This document shows positions 12,593-24,100 of a stretch of 64,000 bases of DNA, one piece after another (within the stretch, counting starts at the first letter, position 1; every line of letters begins with the position of its first letter). Below the pieces are notes generated by a model. That model was not told the DNA's origin, searched no databases, and saw nothing but the letters and a program-made list of their open reading frames with translations. Source of the DNA: Magallana gigas (lineage: Eukaryota). The stretch lies in the NCBI RefSeq assembly GCF_963853765.1, contig NC_088858.1, positions 25,296,001 to 25,360,000 on the forward strand, in the 5' to 3' direction. The position numbers and the translations under genes are program-made.

Positions 12593-13849
12593 AAACCCCT
12601 TTCTCTAATGAGAGTCATCGTTTTCCGACGACAGTTGTTAGATAAAAGTAGGTCTATATTTTCATTCTTGTAAAGGTAAAAAGTTGCAAATAAAGATTAG
12701 ACATAAGAAGGTCTACTATATAGTATTGATAAACATTAAATTTTTTAAAAACAAAAGTGGGCATGCTGTTCTGTTATAATCAATATTAAAACATATAGCC
12801 GACGGTGTTGCAAAGCATATGCATGCTCTTGAATAAAAAAGTTTGGAACGCCATTCAAGTCAGAATTAAAGTAATAACTTTTAATGAAGAAACCTTTTAT
12901 AGATTGGAATTTTTAATCTGCATTATTATCTAACGTTACGTGTGTTTTAAAATAAACCCTTTACAGATTTGATTTAGTAATTACATTATTAGTCGCTTTT
13001 AATTTCTCATAATTTCTAACAGACACTAGATATAGCCTTCTGGTAAGAATATATTCTTTCATGATGACCGATGTTAATCACAACATTCGTGCTTTTGATT
13101 GACAAATGGAACCGGTAAATCATTGTAGGATACCGTGCCTTGAAATTTTTATTTCAACCTTTTTTTATCTACTAATAAATAATAATCTGAACTATGTTGC
13201 TAGGTTCCTTGATAATGTGCAAATATCGTTTATTCAAACCATGACTCAACAATGGGGGGGGGGGGGGGGGGGGTTATTATGGTGATCATGTTATATCATG
13301 TGTTACATAAAACCATTAATATTCTAACCCATGTTCTCATCTCCGTCACGTTTTCTTTGAAATTTCCATTATCATAAATATATCATTGTCCAAACTACTA
13401 GATTCCAAGGAAAGTCCAAGATTTTTCAGTGTTTTACAACGCCCGCCCTTCTATCCCATCTAGTGGCTTGTAAATATGTCCACAGGGATTCTGCTTTTAA
13501 TGCAAACAATATGAAAGTATCCAAATGATAAATAAATTTTGATGAAAAAATTCCAAATCATTCCGAAAAGTTCCCATTGTTGAGGATACAGTAACTACTA
13601 GAATAATATTACGACCTACTTTTGATGTATTTTGGTAGACTTACGTGGCTTTAACCATGGATTGGAATGACTTGTTGGCTGATCTACCCAGGTATGTTCA
13701 AGGTTCCCTAAAAACAAAGTGTAATATTGCGAACTGCTTTAGACAAATTTTCAATAATTCAGAGGAAAGTATAACGAGCACTGAAGTGTATGCATCTCAA
13801 GTTTTTTCCATAGATTCTCTCTTAAACAAGATACATCTAATTTCACTTA

Positions 13850-13995
13850 NNNNNNNNNNNNNNNNNNNNNNNNNNNNNNNNNNNNNNNNNNNNNNNNNNN
13901 NNNNNNNNNNNNNNNNNNNNNNNNNNNNNNNNNNNNNNNNNNNNNNNNNNNNNNNNNNNNNNNNNNNNNNNNNNNNNNNNNNNNNNNNNNNNNNN
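13850..13995. other. Assembly gap (146 N)
   Basis: Run of N characters. Confidence 1.
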
Positions 13996-14513
13996 CTGAA
14001 TTATTTTCTTTGCATGGTAAGTGTATTAAATAATGAGAATAGAAGTTCCTAACTACATAGCACATTTTTTTGGAAGAAACTTCGTAATTCTAAGATAAGA
14101 GGCGTGTTTGCTACTACATGTACATCTACTTTATTTATGAAGTTCATGTAAGTCATGTGGGTCAATAATGAGAATACACACTGAACTTTCTAGTATTAAC
14201 AGTATATTTTGGGGAGCTGTTCAATTATTTATAAAATCCAATAGGATCTAAGGGGAGTATTCTTTAATTGATGTACACTACCTATACATGTAAACATGAC
14301 TATAATACATATTAAGTATATGTGCACTATTGATGCAGAGCAAGAACTTCGTACATGTATTTATAAAACCCGCTGTCTACTTACAAACAATGTATGCATT
14401 CACGTACATGTATATATATAAATATCATAATGTATGAATTTATGACCGCCGCTGTATCAGGACATGAACTAAACAGGTTGAGGATGCAGCGGTTACTTAA
14501 TGGTTGCTGAAAC

Positions 14514-14714
14514 ACTTCCGGTTAGCGTCTTAAGGATGACATGCCTCTGTCTTGGTCGTTCAGCCTCTGTAATACGCTGTAATTTCATTGTCATTTGTCA
14601 TTACAATAGAATAAGGCGTGGAAGTTATAAAGATTACATGAATCCCATGCGTTCGTTTTTACGACTTTAAATAAAGGGAGAAGTGTGATAATACTCCGTT
14701 TTGCGGACCTGCAG
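14514..14714 (+). promoter_or_regulatory. Putative promoter and non-coding first exon of the PKHD1L1-like gene
   Basis: ETS/GABP-type ACTTCCGG at 14514-14521, followed by CpG-containing sequence that ends in a strong donor CAG|GTAAGA at 14714/14715. The next plausible acceptor is TTTTTGGCAG at 16420, just ahead of the ATG. No transcript evidence. Confidence 0.45.
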
Positions 14715-15683
14715 GTAAGATACATTTCATATAGGGAAGTATTTTATTTTAAATGTCATTTTTTTTTTTTTACATTATTGAATTGTGAAACAATGCACAA
14801 AAATGCAATTGGTTTTATTGGGTATAGCATTCCTTTGAATTAAGAGGGAAACAATTCAAAGCCCTAACCATAATGTGGTTGGGGGCGGGGTGGGGGGGGG
14901 GTATAAAAATTATATTCTGGTATCCTCTTTTTCTCTCATTTAGCTTTCTCAAGTTCAGTATGGTTCTTGTGAGATTACTTTGTTCTATTAATGTTACTTA
15001 ATTCTAAATTAATAATAATCTGCTCAAAAGGTTAATTCTGCTTACATTTGAGTGTTTTATGATAAAAGGAAGTTGCCAATTATTTTTGGGGGAAGTGGGT
15101 TTTTGTATGCACGCCATGTGTTAAAAGAAAAGTATTTTTTCTGCAATGTCGCAACCTCATATACCGCATGAATCACCAAAGAAAGCATTTTATTGTATAA
15201 ATATACATGTAGCTCGCTTCATTTACTTGTGAAATAATGAATACCAAATTTATGTGTATTTTGATGGAACATGTAGCAATTGCCTTTGAATTCAGAAGGA
15301 AAAAAGCAAAGCCATAACGATGAGGTTAGGGGGCAGGTTTTAATTTAAAAAAAAAGGTTTACCCTGTGTATAGGAAGTTGAAGTTGTCCATTTTTTGGGG
15401 GAAATGCATAATTATCATCTTTAAATTGAAAAACGTGAGATTAAGCTTAGTTCTTCACTGTATCATTTGTTTTCCCACATCCTTAATCACAAAAATTCAG
15501 AAGAAGAAGAAAAACAACAACAATAACAAAAATAACAAACAAAAGCCTGAAAACGTACATGTGTAACTATAATACTGATGTGCAAAACAAAAGCTGCACG
15601 TCACTGCATTTGAGGGTGATATTTATATAATAGAGAAGTAAAAAAACCTCGAGTATAAGTTTCTTACAACCAGTTAGAAAGAG

Positions 15684-15699
15684 ACTCTCTCTCTCTCTC

Positions 15700-15745
<46 letters not shown>
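15684..15745. repeat. (CT)n microsatellite
   Basis: About 28 CT units. A second (CT)n lies at 18089-18126, right after the kringle exon. Confidence 0.95.
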
Positions 15746-15749
<4 letters not shown>

Positions 15750-16471
15750 ATACATGACTGTCAGTTAAGTTTAAGTTTATTTAATGTTTAAGGTGATCAT
15801 CGAAAACGTTCACTGGTAATCATAATCATATCTGGCGGTCATCATTGCCTTCCTTAATCACGTTCCTTTTAAATAAATGAAAGTATCAATTTTACTCTAT
15901 AAACCAGCCATTTCGTGCAATTCAAATCTGGCAGTCTAACTGACGCTTAATGTTGTGGATAATTTGTAACATGAAACCAGAGGCTCCATGCATATAGCAC
16001 TTACTTGTAAGGGGAGTGTCATTTTAATTTGATAAAAGAGTGAAGGGGGGAAATTCCTCCCATTTAGGAATGAAGACGTTACCCACCTGTAATTTGCAAT
16101 TCTAAAATAAGAGTTATGATTTTGTAATGTTCTTCTAAAGAAAAACTACGAGACTGTGCCGGACATCTTCGAGCCGATTAAATGGCAATTAGTTTGCGGG
16201 GCCAAATGCTTATTGATCGCCCTTAATAGCTCCGAGAATTTTACCTGCCTGCTTCCTCATCAATAATGCAATTTTCTTCTTAACAACGTAGTACTTTGTA
16301 GGATGATTACCGCAATATACCTGTATATAGTACATTTTTAAGTGCATGTATGGTACTGCATTTCATGGAAAAGTGTTTTGTGTACATGTACCTGTTTTTG
16401 GATGGGGGTTTTTTTGGCAGTGGCCGCGGGAGGTTTTGAAAAACTTTTTCTGAAGTCCAGAAGACGACGAC

Positions 16472-16541
16472 ATGGATACTTCTGTCTCCCGATGGATAAT
16501 CTGGGTCTCTTTCCTGTGTCTCGTGGTTCACTCTACTTCAG
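16472..16541 (+). CDS. PKHD1L1: PKHD1L1 coding exon 1: signal peptide MDTSVSRWIIWVSFLCLVVHSTS
   Basis: ATG in GACATGG context, a hydrophobic core, small residues at the cleavage region, and a phase-1 donor at 16542. Confidence 0.8.
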
Positions 16542-18091
16542 GTAGATTTTTTTTACAGATTATTTTTTTTGTTTTATTTGATTGTTCGCAACTTTTATAA
16601 ATATTGCTATTCTTCATCTAATATCACGTGGTAAAAAGATCATGCGTGTGGAATATCGCCTTAATTTGTTTAATTATCAGACCGAGACTGATATAGGTTA
16701 CCGAGCACACACGACTCTGAAAACCCACACCCCACCCACTCTCAAAGAGGAAGGGGGTCCTTAGTCTTTGTGATAAAAGTTTTACTTTCAACTTTTTCCA
16801 CTGGATAATTGATTATTTAAACTTTCAATTGTGTGTAGTTTTTACTGAAATAAAAAGACGTATATGTTTCCAATTTTTGAGGTCCGCCAAAAATTTCATC
16901 AACTGCAACATCATTTAAGGTTTAAATGATGTTGCCATTGATTTTAAACATTCTTCAAGATATTGGTAGCTGTACACCGGATTGAACACGGATCGAGTTC
17001 TTTTCTTTGATCATTCTCAAAACGTTAGGTGGTCAACAGATCTGCCTTAAACTTTAAAATAAGATAATTTTGGCCATTAACTATTTTTTCGCAAAGAAAA
17101 AAATACAAACACAATTTAATATTAGCATTTTCCTATACTTTTTACAGAGCTCTTCATGCAAATGAGGTAAATATAGCCTTAAAATGGCAACGACCATCTA
17201 GCATCCACGTTTCATTTACTATTGGCCAAAATTATCTTATTTTAAAGTTTAAGGCAGATCTCGTGGTTAATTTGTTGACCACCCATGACTACAAAAACCA
17301 TCTATGTTACAAATGCTGATTAGTCCGAAATATCTTACGTTTTCTTGAGAAACGTCAGATTTTTCGGACAAAAATACTGATATGTTCAGCTAATATACTC
17401 ATTCAAGTAATACAACTTTAAACATGCAATAAACAACAGTTACACACTGGAAAAGTAAATCACTTCGTTTTCCGCATGAATGCGCACAGTACACAACGAT
17501 TAGTACCAGCGGATATTGATGTACGTACTATACATAGGCCTAAATACCCAAAATCTAATTTGTATCTATAGAAAAAATATCGAACCTTCATTCATGTGTA
17601 TACTCACCATACATATAACTTAAAGTATTTCATAGCAAATTGTGTTTCAGTTAGTAACAAACTGATAAACAATCAAAGTGCGGCAGGTTATCATATTCCT
17701 CCAGGTGGTCTTCATGCATCCATATATGGACCCAGTGACGTAACTATATATACGTCTCTGATGGATATCGTTTATTTACTTAACAGCTTTTTTTCTACCG
17801 TATTTCAGGTGAGGAAGACTGCAAAAAGACGATAAAAGGACTAGATTATCGGGGTAAAATTTCTACCACTCCTTCCGGTCGAACTTGTCAACGGTGGGAT
17901 TCACAGTCACCCCACAGACATTCTGGGTACGCCGAAAATCTACCGGGAGGGGCCAGCGCCCACGAAAATTACTGCAGAAACCCTAAAGATCATTGGGAAA
18001 CTAAGCCTTGGTGCTACACAACGGATCCAAGGAGACGATGGGAGTACTGCGATATTCCATTTTGTGGTAAATACCGTATAAATCATGAGTC

Positions 18092-18126
<35 letters not shown>

Positions 18127-21100
18127 AACCAGACAACTTTCATGTTGTTTGTAATGCAAACCTCTATGTACTTTGAATCCTTTAGTTTTTAGCTTCGGCC
18201 TTTGTAACTAACATAAAACTGGTGGTTGTTTGGGGGAAGGGGGTGTCACAAGAGAAGTCTTAGTTTATTTTCATTTCCGTAAATGATGCAATTTTTGCTT
18301 AGATTATCAAATTATCAAACTTATATTAAGCATAACATATGATGCAAAAAACATCATGAGACAGAACAAATTGAAAATGTTTTCCATTCGATCACAGGAA
18401 GCTTGGTCCAGTCAATGACCCCCAACCAGGGCAGTCTGTGTGGGGAGACGAGAATTCTGATCAGGGGGGAGGGGTTCTCCAAGGACAACATCAACGAGGG
18501 AAACAAAGTTCGCCTGGTGTCCTCCTCCATGTCGTACGACTGTCCGGTCAACAAAGATGGAACCACCGAGGAAGACATTCTCTGCTTTACCAAGTACGAT
18601 TTATAAATCCAGTATCTTGGTACATATGTATCTTGAAAAAGGGAGGGGTTTTTCACATTTTTTGCTGACCATTTGGAAAAGAGAAAATTAAAATGATAGG
18701 ACATATTTTAAAAAAAAATTTTGATTATGAAAAAATTGGATACTTTGATATTGGTTTATATGTATATTGTGTTAAAGTGGCATGATCACGATTTTGGTAA
18801 AATATATTTTATTATTTAAATGTTAAAATGTTTACAATTGTAAGGCAATTTTAATAGGCAACCAAACTTTGAAAATCATTTGAGTTTTAAGTGAGTTACA
18901 AAGCTTAAAATTCTTTGACATGCAAACAATTGAAAGCTAATGTTTATATTTTGAATGTTGGAGTAAAAATTCAAGTTTTAGACCTAAATAAATGTGTTAA
19001 ACATTAGGAACTGGTTTTTTTATGCTTATTAAAAAGAATATGAAGATAGACAAATCAGCTTCAAAAAAGCGCTTTTGTTTTTACCGGTACATAATAAACG
19101 TAGTTAACAAAAACAGAGCATGAACCTTGTTTACATATAATTGACAAAGAATGATGAGCCCTGTAACTCTATTTGGTAATGCCTGGCTCTCAAATTTCAC
19201 TTGATCATTCCTACAGCATTGTAAATAGATTTAACCAAAATCATTACCATGCCTCTTTGTTACATGTTACATGTAAGTGTCTGCATAAAAATGAACTCAA
19301 GTGTAAAACTGTCGATATTAATGTGTAGATTGATTAAAAAAAGATCGGAAAAAATATTACTAAAACCATATTCATTGATTTGAGAATTTATACTCAAAAT
19401 TATATATATACCTCTCTATTTCTAAAATTGTAGGCCTGGGATGAGAGCTGATTACTATTATGTGAGATTGAATGTGGATGGAGAGGATGTCCCCATAGTG
19501 AATCATTGTAGATACGCAACTGATCCTAGATGTAGATTTCAGGTCAGAAAGGGCGGAAAAAGTATTCCTTTTATTTTTTCATTCATTTCAATATTTATAC
19601 AAAGCGAGTAAAAGATCTTTAAAACTGTATTAGTGATAAGAACATAACCGTACATAATTTGAAGTAAATTAAAGGGCCATTTCACATCTTTAATACTTCT
19701 TCTATATGAGGAAGTTGTGCATCATATTGAAGTCAGCTGAAGTCAATTCTGTGCAGGATTCCCATTTATTAATTTCATAAGATTGCTCGCCTATTATCAT
19801 GTAACTTTCTCTTTATAAATTTCTCTTCTGTAGGTGAGAGCTTACAATACTCCAACAATTACCTCTGTCGAGCCAAGCTCTGGTCCCCCTCAGAGTATCC
19901 TCAAAATCAGCGGAAGAATCGTCACCGACCTTTTTGACACAAACGAGGTAGTGGCCAAAAATGGAAGAACGGAAAAAATCACCAGGGTTTATGCGGGACC
20001 TCAACTTTGCAGTCTGAAGGGTGCCAACGATGTATTGTGAGTATATATTGATTTTGATGATTGAAAATATAAGTTGAGAAAGAGATACTACAATATCATT
20101 GAATTTCAGCTTGTAACGAGCTTTTCTGAATAAAGACTTCTATAAATACTTTATTTATTGAAAATATTTTGCTAATGTCACAATTTAAATGGCTTGTACA
20201 AAGAAATGTACAAATCTGCATGGTATGTGCTATGTTTAAATTTTTTGCAGTTTAATATATTTTCATCTTTTGTTTTGGAGGACAATTTTCTTAACTTCTG
20301 AACTTAATGATAGAGAATTTATTCATCAGGTGTAATAAAAAATTAGATTTACTCGTGACAGAATATATACTCATAAAATGAGTTGGAATAGTTTCTTTGT
20401 TTGTTTTTGTTTTTTGCAGACTTTATAAAGTGTTAACAGCCCAACCAAATATGTATAATTAAGAAAAAAATTTGTCGCTATTGAGGAGACTCTAAAGAAA
20501 TAATGTACCGGCATGCAATGAATTAATTAATAACAACATAAATTCTTGAGATTAAGCACCCCTGGCATATTAAATATTGCAATCATTTTTTGACAGTTTT
20601 GAATTATATGAAATCATTACATGCTCAAAATTTGGTGCTTGCAATTTTACATTCTCCTGATTTGATGCAAAACAGAATATTTAAAGTACTCCTCAAAATA
20701 AAAAAATCTACAAGACTAACAAAATCTGACTGTGTTTTAAGAGCCTGTGGATTGAGTTATTTTAACAAATACAGTAAAACACGGTTATAGCGAACACGCT
20801 TATAATGAATTGACGCTTACAGCGAAGTGACTTTCATTCCCCGTGACTATATTACATGTTGTAAGCTTGACGGATATAACGAATTACGCTTATAACGAAG
20901 CAAAATCGCATGTCCCTGGTGCTTCGTTATAACCGTGTTTTACTGTAAATGAAGTGATTTACTTTACTGGTCAACCAATTGATAATAGATATATATTTTA
21001 AAACTGAGAATGTTAACTCGTATATTGAACTGTTTAACTTTTACAGCTTTGGATTTTCTCTGAATCATGAATCAACTTGGAATGGTCATATGAAATGTAA

Positions 21101-24100
21101 AATGAATGGACAGTTTGTTGGTAAGAAACATTCATTTCTCAGTCTTTGCTGAACTGTATATCAACAGAAATATATGACTGTGTTAAGGTGGAATAACACA
21201 CCTAGAAAAATCACTCATATTTACAGTAATTTTTTTTATTATGAAAGATATAATGACAAATAAACTATACATATGTCAAATAAGCAAACAAATTGCAGTT
21301 TGGGATAAAAAATGATTAAAAAAATTAATTCAGTAAGTAACAACAAAAAGCCCCTGCAGGATTTGAACTCAGGATGTATGGATCACAAGACCCAGGTCCT
21401 AATCCACTCGGCTATGGAGTAAGTTACATGTTGCCATCAAAAAAATTCTTTTAATGAAACGAAATATCGTTTCAATGAGAGGTCAGCCATTTGTTATTCC
21501 ACCTTAATATCTATCATCAAATCATTTAGAAAATTATTCATTTGATTAAATTTTAAATGATGTGTGTTATTTATGAGGGATCTAGGTTAATTGATTTGAT
21601 GTATATAATCAAATGGAAATTGTACTTAAAAGGAATTTTTTTTTTCATTCCCTGACTTTTTGTTTTAAGGTCAGTGAAAATATTAGTAATACATGTATTG
21701 ATAATCAGAAGATGTTCCTCAATTTTGTATCGTCAAACATATAAATGTGCTTCCAACAGCCTTGTTTTGTGTGAAATTGGATTTGAATATTGAATGAGCA
21801 AGCATTTTTTTTTGGATAATATTTTTTTTCATTTTGAATTTTATCGATCATCTAAATTTGATCATTGTAGGTAATCAAAATGTCAGTTATATTGTGAGTG
21901 GAGCATTTGGAAGGTAAGACCGGGATACCTCATCAAAGCTATATTTTATATTAGTATTTTGAAAATATATGGACAATAGCTTTCCTGCGTCATATTGTAA
22001 TGTATAGTAACACTTATAAAAATGGTTTAAATAAATGATCAAATAAATCTATAAAAACCACAAAAATCCAATGTGGTGTATATGATACACACCCCTTTCT
22101 CCCAAATAAATATTCTTGAAAAAAAAGTGTGAATTAATATATTCGGCTATTAAATATATGGTAATGTATGTAATTTATTTAATAAGTGGATAAATGTTAG
22201 AAGTGTTAAAGAATATTTTTGTTTGATGACATTGTTCAGGGCCTGCAGACCACATTCACTGTACCTGAGCAGGACCAAACAGCTGTATCTGTTCCAGTCG
22301 TTCGCGGAGATAATGTCCGTCCATCCGTCTGTGGGCAGTGTTCGTGGGGGCACCATGGTCACAATCACTGGAAAGAACTTTGACCAGACAAGATTGCCTG
22401 CCAAAGTGAAAATAGCAGGTCTGTTTACCTTAATTGATTAATAACTTTTTGATTTTGCTTAGATTTGATCATTTAATTCTGTAGAGCTCTTCTTCTGAAG
22501 AAGGTTAGTATAAAGTCCAAAAATTGCCTTCACCATCCAGCTCTCTTAATGTTCCAATACACACTTGTACATGTATTAATTATCATAATGCATCATGAAA
22601 ACATGGAATGCACCTTTGATTATCAATTATGTATACATGTTAAGTATGACTCTTCGGTTGAAATTTAGAATGTTTACAAAATGAGTCTTTTTTACTTACA
22701 TAAAACTTTATGTATGTTTTTTTTTATTTTATAGGTCAAAACTGTAAGGTCCAATCCCTTACAGACACTAAGATTGTTTGCAAGACTCCATCCAAACCTG
22801 ATGTGATCTACAGCAAATTTCCAGGTACATGTATTCCTTACTTAATATTGCTTACTCCCAGGTAATTTAGCTCAGGTACAGTAGGCCTTTGTTTAACATG
22901 GAGCATATGGTTTAGTGATCCTATGTTTGATAATTACGGTAGTAAACAAAAGGTTGATGGTTCAGATTCTGCTAGTTGCATGTTGTGTCCAGTTTAGACA
23001 AAACACTTTATCTGCATTGTGTTGAACATTTACCTTGCTGACAAAGGGTACTTCCTAATATGCTGAGAGTGACTGACTGATGTCCCATACAGGGGGTGTC
23101 AATACACTGCATGTATCTCAGTCTCATCTGCTTAGTTAGCTTTAGCCTTATAAACATAACATGGCTTGGACAGGAGTTAAAACCCTTACCCCCAGTTCAG
23201 TTATAATTGAAGCTTCCAATTCAGGTTATTCTTAAATACTTCAGTTCAGGTATAATTGAAGCCTCCAATTCAGATTATTCTTACTTCAGTCCAGTTATAA
23301 TTGAAGCTTCCAATTCAGGTTATTCCTAAATACTTCAGTTCAGGTATAATTGAAGCCTCCAATTCAGGTTATTCTTTAATGTTTTTGCAAATTCTTTAAA
23401 AAATTATAATGCTTGTTGCATTAAACTTTTATCGATAATCTGTGAATCATTTGCCTAAAAAAATCATTTGCCTTTGTTGATTTTGCATTTAAGGAAATCG
23501 TGGATTATTGTTGGAGATTTGGAATAAGACTGGTCGACATCTTGATCGTCTTCATGAAGTTCTAGACTTCCATGAGAACATGACTGACTACATCAAATCT
23601 CACACAGATAGGACAAAATACTATGATAACACGTATCAAAATTTTGTCACCAGACACAGTGGGTTCTTTGTACCTCCTTGGACGGGAGATTACTCTTTTG
23701 CCATGAAGGCTGATGACATTGGGTTATTTTACTTCAGTAATACTACAAACCCGAATGATACAGTAAGTCGTCGTTGAGTTTTACCACTTTGAGATTGCAG
23801 ATCAAATCACTGGGTTTTTTTTATCCATCCATCTTTCTTTCACCTTCTCTTGAAAATTCTGACCTTGACCTATTGAATATCATAGTCAAGTAAAATTTCA
23901 AGGTCAGAGGTTAAAAGGAAAGCTGGGTCAATGGTCACTGTTAGAACTGTAAGGACTTATGATAAGGAGACTGGATGATTTACAAATAACCATTGGTTGA
24001 CTTATAATTTATTAATAAGCTATAAACTATTCATAAGTGTAAAGAAAAAGTCCATGTATTTTACCTTAAAAATTTGGGTATTTTCATATATTTTTATATA

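Noticed and set aside
13645-14065. ORFs of 135 and 72 aa
   Set aside because: Artefacts of translating through the N gap.
21350-21419. Functional tRNA gene
   Set aside because: The acceptor and T stems do not pair properly and it lies inside a TIR element, so it is tRNA-derived only. The same applies to tRNA-like bits at ~25195-25260 and ~46700-46750.
23193-23376. Possible CRISPR-like array
   Set aside because: The units are contiguous with no unique spacers, there are no cas genes, and the context is a eukaryotic intron.
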